Notes: generated from the sequence alone by a model not told the origin. A DNA stretch of 64,000 bases from a virus (IMGVR_UViG_3300029305_000181:3097-67096); one strand, 5' to 3'; positions 45,201 through 52,718 are shown, counted from the first letter of the stretch. Numbers and translations: made by a program.

Positions 45201-46165
45201 TAAAGCATGGTGACTTCGATTCTGCTCGTAAGATGCTTAGCGGACGGCTTGCTCCTTATCTGGATGATGAATCCAAGGCTAAGGACCTTGCTCAGGCGCT
45301 TAAGATTGCTATCAATAGCGTGTATGGTCTAACTGCTGCCAACTTCGATAATCCGTTCCGTGATATTCGTAATAAGAACAATATCGTAGCTCTGCGTGGT
45401 GCTCTGTTTATGCGGACTCTTCAGGATGAGGTCCAGCAGCGTGGATTTACTGTCTGTCATATTAAGACGGACTCTATCAAGATCCCGAATGCTACCCCTG
45501 AGATTATCCAGTTCTGTATGGACTTCGCTAAGGGCTATGGATACACGTTCGAACACGAGGCTACGTACGACCGCATGTGCCTTGTGAACGATGCTGTTTA
45601 TATTGCCAAGTATAAGGACGGTAAGGAAGCTGGTCAGTGGACTGCTACTGGTACTCAGTTCCAGGTTCCGTATGTATTCAAGAAGCTCTTTAGTCGTGAG
45701 GCTATCGAGTTCGACGATATGTGCGAAACCAAGTCTGTGACTTCGGCTCTGTATCTGGACATGAATGAAAGTCTGGCTACGGACGAGCATAACTACCACT
45801 TTATCGGTAAGGTTAGCCGGTTCTGTCCGATCAAACCTGGACACGGTGGCGGTGAGCTTCTGCGCGAAGGAAAAGACAAGGAAGGCAATGTCAAGTATTC
45901 CTCTGCTACTGGAGCGAAGGGTTATCGTTGGCTTGAATCTGAGATGGTCAAGTCTCTCGGTAAGGAGAAGGACATTGACCGATCTTATTACGATCGACTT
46001 GTGGACGAGGCGGTTGAGACTATTTCCCAGTATGGTGACTTCGAGTGGTTTATCTCGGATGATCCTAATGTCGCTCCGTGGTTTAAAGCGGAAGATCCGA
46101 ATGATCTGCCGTGGGATACGGACGAAGTAAAAAATCCAATTCTGTTGGATGACGAACCTGTTTAA
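42284..46165 (+). CDS. Fused SF3 (D5-like) helicase / primase-like / 3'-5' exonuclease / family-B DNA polymerase (1293 aa)
   Basis: Walker A LYGAAGTGKS; HIVIDFD...SKSGQGIHLHY (AEP-like); FYDIEVF, GYNCRRYD, YCDND (exo I-III); DVASLHP, KIAINSVYG, IKTDS (PolB motifs). Confidence 0.85.
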   Translation: MIDFLMIATRSTKRGVVEIYPKFKIMKSNDLMIRGGDFYAIWLEDRGFWSTEEQDALQLIDKELDRYAKENRHKYEDNVKVLYMWDSENGMIDRWHKYCQKHMRDDYHMLDENLIFSNTEVTKKDYASKRLNYPLEAGDITAYDKLMSTLYSPEERHKLEWAIGSIVSGDSKKIQKFLVLYGAAGTGKSTVLNIIQQLFEGYYSVFDAKALGSANNSFALEAFKTNPLVAIQHDGDLSKIEDNTRLNSLVSHELMTVNEKFKSTYSSRFKAFLFMGTNRPVKITDGRSGLIRRLIDVSPSGNKVSQKEYKTLVKQVDFELGAIAQHCLDVYLAKPNAYDDYIPTTMMGASNDFYNFVIDSYHIFKKEDGVSLKAAWEMYKTYCDEAKVPYPFSQRTFKEELKTYFWDFNDRFSLEDGSRVRSFYSGFRTDRFENESDKKSKKKDTHKPKLIEFESTDSIFDKERADCSAQYATANETPSKKWEKVKTKLSSLDTTKLHYVKVPENHIVIDFDIPDGSGNKCFKRNLEEASKWPPTYAELSKSGQGIHLHYIYTGDVSKLSRIYDDYIEVKVFTGGSSLRRKFTKCNDLPIASISSGLPLKEDSKVIDFDGLKNEKALRTTIKRNLNKEYHAATKPSVDFIYKILEDAYNTGVSYDLTDMKNAVYAFAAGSTNQADYCLKLVKKMHFKSEEASPGIKESDASLIFYDIEVFPNLFLVNWKIQGKGKPVVRMINPTPAEIEELLKFRLVGYNCRRYDNHVLYGRLLGYSNEQLYELSQKIISGSRNAFFGEAYNLSYTDVYDFAAKKQSLKKWEIELGIHHQELGLPWDQPVPEEMWPKVAEYCDNDVYATEAVFDHLKGDWTARQILAELAGLSVNDTTNSLTTRIIFGKEKKPNLVYTDLSETFPGYEFKDGKNIYRGTDLGFGGYVYAEPGMYTDVALLDVASLHPHSIIAMNCFGDYTQHFKDILDARMYIKHGDFDSARKMLSGRLAPYLDDESKAKDLAQALKIAINSVYGLTAANFDNPFRDIRNKNNIVALRGALFMRTLQDEVQQRGFTVCHIKTDSIKIPNATPEIIQFCMDFAKGYGYTFEHEATYDRMCLVNDAVYIAKYKDGKEAGQWTATGTQFQVPYVFKKLFSREAIEFDDMCETKSVTSALYLDMNESLATDEHNYHFIGKVSRFCPIKPGHGGGELLREGKDKEGNVKYSSATGAKGYRWLESEMVKSLGKEKDIDRSYYDRLVDEAVETISQYGDFEWFISDDPNVAPWFKAEDPNDLPWDTDEVKNPILLDDEPV

Positions 46166-46198
46166 TAAAAATTTATATTTAAAGGAGAAATGAAAACT

Positions 46199-46681
46199 AT
46201 GCATGTGACTTTTGCACCCAAGGATATTCTTCAGATTGATGACGCTCATATCATTTACCGCAACTTCTCTGGCGCACCTTCCAAGTTTAATCGTGAAGGT
46301 GACCGTAACTTTGCGGTGGTGATTCCTGATGAGGATATTAAGGACGCTCTTGTCGAGAGAGGTTGGAATGTTAAGATCAAGCCTCCTCGTGAAGATGGTG
46401 ATGAGCCGTTCATGACTATGACTGTTAAGGTTAAGTTCAACGACTATGGTCCTCGAGTGTATCTGAAGACCGGTAACAAGCTTAATACTCTCGACGAGGA
46501 TACTGTTGATATTCTTGACAATATCGACATCGAAAGCGTGGATCTTGATATTCGACCTTATGATTGGGAACTTAGTACTGGTAAGTCCGGTCGTACTGCA
46601 TATCTTCAGGGCATCAAGGTTATTCAGAAGATTGACCGGTTTGCCGCTGATCTGTCTGCGGACGAGTATCCTGAGGAATAA
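46199..46681 (+). CDS. ssb: Single-stranded DNA-binding protein
   Basis: IIYRNFSG...NFAVVI...aromatic/basic OB-like core and acidic tail ADEYPEE; directly after the polymerase; start could be 46190. Confidence 0.7.
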   Translation: MHVTFAPKDILQIDDAHIIYRNFSGAPSKFNREGDRNFAVVIPDEDIKDALVERGWNVKIKPPREDGDEPFMTMTVKVKFNDYGPRVYLKTGNKLNTLDEDTVDILDNIDIESVDLDIRPYDWELSTGKSGRTAYLQGIKVIQKIDRFAADLSADEYPEE

Positions 46682-46689
46682 GATTTATA

Positions 46690-46719
46690 TTCGCGAAAAT
46701 TACAAAGTGTTTAATGGAG
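46690..46719 (+). promoter_or_regulatory. Phage motif copy 10, ahead of the tRNA cluster
   Basis: TTCGCG AAAATT ACAA AGTGTT TAATG. Confidence 0.7.
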
Positions 46720-46755
46720 GGAGACCTGGGATTTACCTGGGTCTCTCTTTTGTTT
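46719..46755 (+). terminator. Terminator-like hairpin immediately after motif copy 10
   Basis: GAGACC...GGTCTC-TCTTTTGTTT. Confidence 0.6.
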
Positions 46756-46757
46756 AT

Positions 46758-46843
46758 GCCGGAGTGGTGGAATGGCAGACACAGCAGACTTAAAATCTGC
46801 GGCCTTGATAGACGTACGGGTTCGAGTCCCGTCTCCGGTACCA
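46758..46843 (+). tRNA. tRNA-Leu(TAA)
   Basis: GCCGGAG/CTCCGGT acceptor, GCAGA-CTTAAAA-TCTGC anticodon arm, long variable arm, TTCGAGT, encoded CCA. Confidence 0.95.
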
Positions 46844-46847
46844 ACAT

Positions 46848-46985
46848 GTCGTCCGGCCGGCGACCGCGTGGATAGCATTGTACGTATCCCGAGCGATTAC
46901 GGCGATAGAGACGGTTTATACCAAGTTCTCAGAAAGATCGCTCAACGGAGGACTAGCCGCCCTTCGATACATAAATAGCGGCTTT
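46848..46985 (+). ncRNA. Candidate multi-stem structured RNA
   Basis: Stems GGATA/TATCC, GAGCGAT/ATCGCTC, AGCCGC/GCGGCT, GTCC/GGAC in GC-rich intergenic DNA. Confidence 0.45.
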
Positions 46986-47008
46986 ATATTTGAAAGGAGA
47001 TAGAAAAA

Positions 47009-47290
47009 ATGACTGGTGGTATTAATCGGTATCGTAGCCGTTCAAAGGCGCTTCGTAAGTACAAAATCGATAAGTGTAGAGGTTATAGCAATATTTACGA
47101 TAACATTCATCAGTATTCGAAAAACAAGATTCATTGTAGTTGCCCTGGTTGTTCGCCTAAGACTCGTAACAAGGGTAAGCGCCGTGAAAAAATGGATGGT
47201 TATACCCCTTCTATCAATTACAAAATCTCCGATCTCAGAAAGGTTCAGGCTATGGAATATCAGGAAAGTAATCAGGGCGAGTTGGTGTAA
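47009..47290 (+). CDS. Basic Cys/His protein (HCSCPGCS)
   Basis: SD GAAAGGAG; 3' end overlaps tRNA-Gln. Confidence 0.65.
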   Translation: MTGGINRYRSRSKALRKYKIDKCRGYSNIYDNIHQYSKNKIHCSCPGCSPKTRNKGKRREKMDGYTPSINYKISDLRKVQAMEYQESNQGELV

Positions 47291-47350
47291 TAGCTAGCAC
47301 AGTAGTCTTTGACACTACTAGAGTTGGGGCAGAACCAACACTCGCTGCCA
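47276..47350 (+). tRNA. tRNA-Gln(TTG), atypical D and T loops
   Basis: GGCGAGT/ACTCGCT, GTAGT-CTTTGAC-ACTAC, T arm GTTGG-GGCAGAA-CCAAC, G-CCA end. Confidence 0.75.
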
Positions 47351-47430
47351 ATTAGGGATTATCCTGCAACACCGCAGAGAGCCTAATATCCCTCGTCGTA
47401 TTAGTGGCGTGATGCGACTAATTTATATTT

Positions 47431-47507
47431 GGTCCGTTAGCTCAATTGGTTCGAGCATCCGGCTCATAACCGGCAGGTTCTGGGTTCGAGTCCCAGGCGG
47501 ACCACCA
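47431..47507 (+). tRNA. tRNA with CAT anticodon (Ile2-like or elongator Met)
   Basis: GGTCCGT/GCGGACC, CCGG-CTCATAA-CCGG, TTCGAGT, A-CCA. Confidence 0.92.
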
Positions 47508-47510
47508 TAC

Positions 47511-47578
47511 GGGGTAGTAGTTCAACTGGTTAGAACAGCGTGACGACGTAGTTGTAGGTTCGAGCCCTACCTATCCCA
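47511..47578 (+). ncRNA. tRNA-like RNA with the anticodon arm shrunk to 4 bp + tetraloop
   Basis: GGGGTAG/CTATCCC, GTTC-AACTGGTTA-GAAC, GCGT-GACG-ACGT, GTAGG-TTCGAGC-CCTAC; ends ACA, not CCA. Confidence 0.75.
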
Positions 47579-47607
47579 CAAATAAACCCCACAAGGAGTG
47601 GATTCAT

Positions 47608-48045
47608 ATGAAAAGGCAAGAATATTTGGATTTTAAGAAGCAACAAGAAAGAGAGTTTGCAGAGTTTCCAATCGCGTATGCCTTTAATGAAAAGCAGTTC
47701 GAAGAAGCTTTAGAAAAGCTTGGAGCGACTAAGGAGGAATGCGTAACTGTATTCGGACACGGTGATATTGTCAAACGAGAAAACGCAAAAGCTTTAGTCA
47801 AGATGCTAGAAAAGCACACTGAGGATTTAAAGCAAAAGCTTATTGATGATGTTGAGTTTGCCGAAGCAGCATTTCTTTATGAAATGGATAATCACGAATA
47901 TGCAATCAACTGGAGTGCCGATGAGGACGTTTTAGGATGTTTTAGCATCAACTTCGATTTCATTCGTAAGCACGGTTTACAAGTGGCTTATGATAGTGCA
48001 CGTAATAAACACTTCAAACAAATGGAAGAATGGGGTGTTATTTGA
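47608..48045 (+). CDS. Hypothetical protein (145 aa)
   Basis: SD AAGGAG; FLYEMDNHEY. Confidence 0.7.
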   Translation: MKRQEYLDFKKQQEREFAEFPIAYAFNEKQFEEALEKLGATKEECVTVFGHGDIVKRENAKALVKMLEKHTEDLKQKLIDDVEFAEAAFLYEMDNHEYAINWSADEDVLGCFSINFDFIRKHGLQVAYDSARNKHFKQMEEWGVI

Positions 48046-48284
48046 TGGAAGATTGGGCTAAACACGAACCGAAATTCCGTTACATGATGCTCGATAGGCT
48101 TAGACAAGATTGTAATTACTATTTGACTTATGGGTATAAATCTCCGAATGCTTTATGGGCTAAAGACGAAAAAGAACAAATCGAGAATATGAAAGCTCTT
48201 TGGAAAACATTCAAACTCAAAGATACTCCTGAATGGCTGACTTGGGAGGATATTTTAGAGTTTGAAAGAAAGATGTGTAAGTAA
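48045..48284 (+). CDS. LPD11-like (large polyvalent protein-associated) stand-alone domain
   Basis: YMMLDRLRQDCNYYL...LWAKDEKEQIENMKALW...PEWLTWEDI. Confidence 0.7.
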   Translation: MEDWAKHEPKFRYMMLDRLRQDCNYYLTYGYKSPNALWAKDEKEQIENMKALWKTFKLKDTPEWLTWEDILEFERKMCK

Positions 48285-48290
48285 AATTTA

Positions 48291-48321
48291 GGGCCTGTCT
48301 ACGGACGGGCTCTTTATATTT
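48291..48321 (+). terminator. Terminator with C(UACG)G tetraloop, copy 1
   Basis: GCCTGTC-TACG-GACGGGC-TCTTT. Confidence 0.75.
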
Positions 48322-48340
48322 ATAAAGGAGCTGACCCAAC

Positions 48341-48550
48341 ATGGCCAAACGATTAATCGTAGTCAACAAATGCCCATTATGCGGCGAAGAGGTTGAGCAA
48401 GTCCAAGATTCCATTCTAAAGAAAACCCCTGGCTTTCATAACGCGGAACTGGTAATAACCAGAACAGGTTTTAAACAGTATATTCATAGTTCATGTTGGT
48501 ATAAAATGATCGAAGAAAAAAGACCGTATGACGGTAAGTTGTATTTGTGA
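48341..48550 (+). CDS. Small Zn-binding protein
   Basis: CPLCG...HSSC. Confidence 0.6.
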   Translation: MAKRLIVVNKCPLCGEEVEQVQDSILKKTPGFHNAELVITRTGFKQYIHSSCWYKMIEEKRPYDGKLYL

Positions 48551-48562
48551 AAGGAGAGAAAT

Positions 48563-48715
48563 ATGAAAGCTATCACCGTGACAAAGTTGATCGAGATTCT
48601 TAAGTCTAAGAATGAAGCTGGACTTATATTCGAAGATACTATGTCTAAGATTTTTAAAGAACACGGAGAAGACTGGTATATCGAAGGAAACCAGTGGGTT
48701 AAAGCTAGTGACTAA
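48563..48715 (+). CDS. 50-aa hypothetical protein
   Basis: SD AAGGAG. Confidence 0.55.
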   Translation: MKAITVTKLIEILKSKNEAGLIFEDTMSKIFKEHGEDWYIEGNQWVKASD

Positions 48716-48740
48716 GCCTGTCTACGGACGGGCTTTTTAT
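48715..48740 (+). terminator. Terminator with C(UACG)G tetraloop, copy 2
   Basis: AGCCTGTC-TACG-GACGGGCT-TTTT. Confidence 0.75.
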
Positions 48741-48761
48741 TTTTAAAAAGGAGAGAGAAAT

Positions 48762-49001
48762 ATGAAGTTTAAGATCGCTACATGCGGTTGCAAATCATGT
48801 ACGCAATGGCAAAGTAATCTAGATGTAACTAGTCATGCTTGTCTATCTTTCGGTTTTGTAATACGAATTCTTAAAAATATATTAAAATATGAATCCGACT
48901 ATTTATCGTCAATCCAAAAAGAGTCCATCGATACTGTAATAGATACTGTAGAAAAATTAGACGTAAAATTTAGAGAGTTAATAAAGGAGAGCCATGACTA
49001 A
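48762..49001 (+). CDS. Hypothetical protein (79 aa)
   Basis: SD AAGGAG. Confidence 0.6.
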   Translation: MKFKIATCGCKSCTQWQSNLDVTSHACLSFGFVIRILKNILKYESDYLSSIQKESIDTVIDTVEKLDVKFRELIKESHD

Positions 49002-49197
49002 CTGTCCAAATTGCGGCGCGCCTGTCACTTCTTACAAATGCGAGTATTGCGGTACTGTATTTGAACGCTTAATGGAGGCGGAATACCTAAAAAGTAAAAC
49101 AGAAGAACTTAAGCAATCTTTATATGTTAAAAGTCTTTATGCTGAAGCTATCAAAGCTATGAGAAATTACGGCAGTCTAACTACGAATGAATGTTGA
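48994..49197 (+). CDS. Zn-ribbon protein whose C-terminal helix matches the putative small terminase
   Basis: CPNCGAP...CEYCG; LYAEAIKAMRNY. Confidence 0.65.
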   Translation: MTNCPNCGAPVTSYKCEYCGTVFERLMEAEYLKSKTEELKQSLYVKSLYAEAIKAMRNYGSLTTNEC

Positions 49198-49237
49198 GAA
49201 GTAATAGGATTACCTAGAATTTAAAAAGGAGAGAAAT

Positions 49238-49597
49238 ATGAAAATTCGACCCGACGCCGAGCAGGTTTCAGCAGTTACCAAGCACATCGTTGACTACATG
49301 ATCAAAGAGGGCACCGAGAACACCACTAGCGGTAATTATATTTTTACCGTGAACGAGTTGAGTGAGATTTTTATGCTTGACTCGTCTTTTATTATTCGAC
49401 ACGAAGAGGATATTCTCAATGAACTTTGTAGTCGCGATGAGATCCTCGACGTTTGGATGGATAGAGACTCTGATTTCGCGATTGAATCTTTCGATCTGAA
49501 CTTCGGAACGGACTTTTGTCCCAATATCGAAGACGATGAAAATGGCTATATCGGTATGCTTTATGGCGTCAAGATATTTAAAGCAGTTAAGAAATAA
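49238..49597 (+). CDS. Acidic hypothetical protein
   Basis: SD AAGGAG. Confidence 0.65.
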   Translation: MKIRPDAEQVSAVTKHIVDYMIKEGTENTTSGNYIFTVNELSEIFMLDSSFIIRHEEDILNELCSRDEILDVWMDRDSDFAIESFDLNFGTDFCPNIEDDENGYIGMLYGVKIFKAVKK

Positions 49598-49618
49598 TAC
49601 GTGTTAAAGGAGAAAAAA

Positions 49619-49834
49619 ATGTACGACATTGAACTTACCGTAGAGAACATCCTTTGTGAGATCGATTATCCTACTACTTATGTCTTTATTTATGCTGACG
49701 ACGAATGCATGTACGCATATGAAAGCGACGGTCCGGTCATTAAAATGGTCAAGGATGATATTCTTCGTCGGCGAGTAAAGAAGTATGAATCCGCGTTTAA
49801 CGAAGGGATTCTTTACGTACGGATTTATACTTGA
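49619..49834 (+). CDS. Hypothetical protein
   Basis: SD AAGGAG; ATG 49619. Confidence 0.6.
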   Translation: MYDIELTVENILCEIDYPTTYVFIYADDECMYAYESDGPVIKMVKDDILRRRVKKYESAFNEGILYVRIYT

Positions 49835-49842
49835 GGTGATTT

Positions 49843-50547
49843 ATGAAAATGACAGATATGGACGATATTCAGAGATGGCTTAAACCTGGTTGGTATGATT
49901 ATGCAGTTGCGGCCAGACATTGCGGTAAGCCTTTATACCGAGCTCATAAATTTGTAGAGAATGTTGTAGAAAAGGAGAATAATATGATTAATAAGAATTG
50001 CGAAAATTTCGATAAGTGCATGCACGTTAGAGGCAAGGGCTCTTGCGATGGATGCGGTAACATGTTTAAAGGCATGTTCGACGAGGCATTCAAGAAGTAC
50101 GTTCAGCATGATATTGATACTTTAGTAAAAACTCAGAGTTATGTAACTTTCAAGAAACCCTCCAATCCTTTCGCTATCAAGAACGTTATCTTCAACCCTC
50201 CTGCTACTATTGTCTTTTGGGAAGACGGTACCAAGACCGTAGTCAAGGCCGGCGAGCATGACGAGTTCGATCCCGAGAAGGGTCTGGCTATGGCTATTTC
50301 TAAGAGAGCACTTGGCGGTAAGCACGATTATTACGAGCCCTTCGCTAAGTGGGTTGGTAAGTACGAGTACCAGTGTAAGAAGCAGATGCGTAAGTGTGAG
50401 AAAGCCTATGCCGATTTTTTGGCCAAGCGTCTTGGTAAGGTAGAAAAAGTCGAAGTAACAGATGATAGCGTCCGAGCCGAAATTTCGACCGAAGATGAGT
50501 GGTTTTCTAAATGGGCGAAACGTCATCTTGAAGGTAGTGATGACTAA
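49843..50547 (+). CDS. Conserved phage protein
   Basis: IKNVIFNPPATIVFWEDGTKTVVK...FDPEKGLAMAI. Confidence 0.7.
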   Translation: MKMTDMDDIQRWLKPGWYDYAVAARHCGKPLYRAHKFVENVVEKENNMINKNCENFDKCMHVRGKGSCDGCGNMFKGMFDEAFKKYVQHDIDTLVKTQSYVTFKKPSNPFAIKNVIFNPPATIVFWEDGTKTVVKAGEHDEFDPEKGLAMAISKRALGGKHDYYEPFAKWVGKYEYQCKKQMRKCEKAYADFLAKRLGKVEKVEVTDDSVRAEISTEDEWFSKWAKRHLEGSDD

Positions 50548-51765
50548 TTGGCAGGAATCTCATTACGTGACTACCAGCTAGATGCGGTCCAGCGAATACA
50601 TAATGGAAGTATCCTCTGCGGAGGCGTTGGATCAGGAAAGTCTCGAACATCCTTGGCGTACTATTATAAAGAACAAGGTGGAGACCTAAACAGTAAGAAC
50701 TATGCTAAGATGCGAGATCCAAGAGACTTATACATAATTACCACTGCTCGAAAACGAGATACGCTCGAATGGGAAGAAGAAATGCTGCATTTCAAACTCA
50801 CCACTCATCCGGAGGCGGCTATTTACAAGCATAAGGTGGTAGTCGACTCATGGAACAACATAAAAAAGTATAAGGATGTCTACGGAGCATTCTTTATATT
50901 TGACGAGCAGAGAGTTGTCGGGTCTGGCGCCTGGGTTAAAGCTTTTCTCAATATCGCTAGAAAAAACAAATGGATATTGTTATCGGCTACCCCAGGCGAC
51001 ACCTGGAGCGATTATATTCCGGTATTTGTAGCGAATGGCTTCTATAAGAATAAGACAGAGTTCATACGGGAACATGTCATATATTCTCGCTACACGAAAT
51101 ACCCGAAGATTGATCGCTATGTTAATACTGGTAAGCTGATACGGCTGAGAAATCAACTTCTCATTACTATGGACTTTGATAGACAGACTGTATCGCACCA
51201 TGAAGACATATATGTAAAGTATGATATTCCGAAGTATAAGGACGCTGCACGACTGCGCTGGGACCCGTTTAAAAACCAGCCTATGCAGAATGCATCTGAG
51301 TTGTGCTATGTCTGGCGGAAGATTGTTAATAGTGATGAGTCACGACAGGTAGCTTTGTTGGAGTTATACGAGAAACATCCTAAGATGATCATATTCTATA
51401 ACTTCGATTACGAGCTTGATATTTTGAAAGGATTGTATTATGGACAAGATGTACAAATCGCAGAATGGAACGGACATAAACACGAGCCAGTACCAAGAGG
51501 AAGATCTTGGGTCTACCTTGTTCAGTATACTGCCGGAGCTGAGGGCTGGAACTGCATACAAACTGACACCATCGTCTTCTATTCGCAAAACTATTCTTAC
51601 AAGGTTATGCAACAGTCCGCTGGGCGAATTGATCGACTGAATACGCCGTTCAAAGATTTATATTACTATCATTTAAAATCCAGGTCAGGTATTGACTTGG
51701 CTATTAGTCGTGCTTTGACTGAAAAAAGAAAATTTAATGAAAGTAGTTATGTGAAATGGAATTAA
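50548..51765 (+). CDS. SF2 (SNF2-like) helicase
   Basis: GGVGSGKS, FIFDE, LLSATPG, AGAEGWN, QSAGRIDR. Confidence 0.88.
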   Translation: MAGISLRDYQLDAVQRIHNGSILCGGVGSGKSRTSLAYYYKEQGGDLNSKNYAKMRDPRDLYIITTARKRDTLEWEEEMLHFKLTTHPEAAIYKHKVVVDSWNNIKKYKDVYGAFFIFDEQRVVGSGAWVKAFLNIARKNKWILLSATPGDTWSDYIPVFVANGFYKNKTEFIREHVIYSRYTKYPKIDRYVNTGKLIRLRNQLLITMDFDRQTVSHHEDIYVKYDIPKYKDAARLRWDPFKNQPMQNASELCYVWRKIVNSDESRQVALLELYEKHPKMIIFYNFDYELDILKGLYYGQDVQIAEWNGHKHEPVPRGRSWVYLVQYTAGAEGWNCIQTDTIVFYSQNYSYKVMQQSAGRIDRLNTPFKDLYYYHLKSRSGIDLAISRALTEKRKFNESSYVKWN

Positions 51766-51977
51766 AAGCGATTTATAAAAAGAAACCTGATTGCCAAAGT
51801 TGTATAGATCTTGGCTTATTTGATGCTCCAGATTGTATTACGTGCATAAAAATGAGCACCGAAGAGGTTGATATACTTACTTTCACTGGCGATAAAGCAG
51901 TAATAGCAAAAAAGTCTGGAGAATTAAGAGCAGTTTCATTAAGCGAGCTTACGATACAGAAAAAGGAGAGTTTATGA
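51756..51977 (+). CDS. Small Cys-containing protein
   Basis: CQSC...CITC. Confidence 0.55.
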   Translation: MELKAIYKKKPDCQSCIDLGLFDAPDCITCIKMSTEEVDILTFTGDKAVIAKKSGELRAVSLSELTIQKKESL

Positions 51978-52327
51978 ACCTACAAGCTTATACATGTAAA
52001 TGCTGCGGCGCTCCGATAGATGTCGTTCATATGCGATGTACATACTGCGGAACCGCATATGAAGACGAGTCGCTGAAGAAAATCGTGATCCGAACTGAGC
52101 GACCTGGCGAGCATGTTATCCGAGCTAATGTGGCTTTTGATACGGCTATGGTGGCCGGTGCTCCAGAAGAGGTATTGCGTGATGTGGCTCTTCGTGAACT
52201 TAGAAACCAGCTTGCTGATGGCTTGCTTGGGTTTATTAAGCTCACGACTAATCGCGACCCTCGTTTAATGATGGAGTGTATTCGTGGCGAGGTTCGAGTT
52301 ATAGATCCATATTTTGATGGGTATTGA
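51974..52327 (+). CDS. Zn-ribbon protein
   Basis: CKCCGAP...CTYCG. Confidence 0.6.
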   Translation: MNLQAYTCKCCGAPIDVVHMRCTYCGTAYEDESLKKIVIRTERPGEHVIRANVAFDTAMVAGAPEEVLRDVALRELRNQLADGLLGFIKLTTNRDPRLMMECIRGEVRVIDPYFDGY

Positions 52328-52339
52328 AAGGAGAAAAAA

Positions 52340-52537
52340 ATGCTTAAAGGTAAACTTCATGTTGGTCTGATTAATGGAACTGAAAAAGTAGTGGTTATCC
52401 ATACTTACGATTTAAATAAGCCGATCGATTTCATCAATATGATCATTTCAAAAGATTATTTTACTATCACGGATAATGGAAAAATCTTTGCTTTTCGCAA
52501 CTCAAACACTACGCATATTTATTTCGAGGAGGATTAA
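52340..52537 (+). CDS. Hypothetical protein (65 aa)
   Basis: SD GAAAGGAG. Confidence 0.6.
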   Translation: MLKGKLHVGLINGTEKVVVIHTYDLNKPIDFINMIISKDYFTITDNGKIFAFRNSNTTHIYFEED

Positions 52538-52539
52538 AA

Positions 52540-52704
52540 ATGCCTTGTCAAAACTGTAAAAATGCCCTGTTTAACGAACTGTGGGGCGAGTATAAATGTA
52601 AACTCAAGCAGATTGTTATTAATATACTTGAAGACCTTTGCCCTGATTTTGTAGAGGGCACACCCGAAGTATCCAAGGAAGATAGATATCCTGAAGAAGA
52701 TTAA
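52540..52704 (+). CDS. 54-aa Cys-rich protein
   Basis: SD GAGGAGG; CQNC...C...C; below the track cutoff. Confidence 0.5.
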   Translation: MPCQNCKNALFNELWGEYKCKLKQIVINILEDLCPDFVEGTPEVSKEDRYPEED

Positions 52705-52718
52705 GGAGGATAGTAAGG

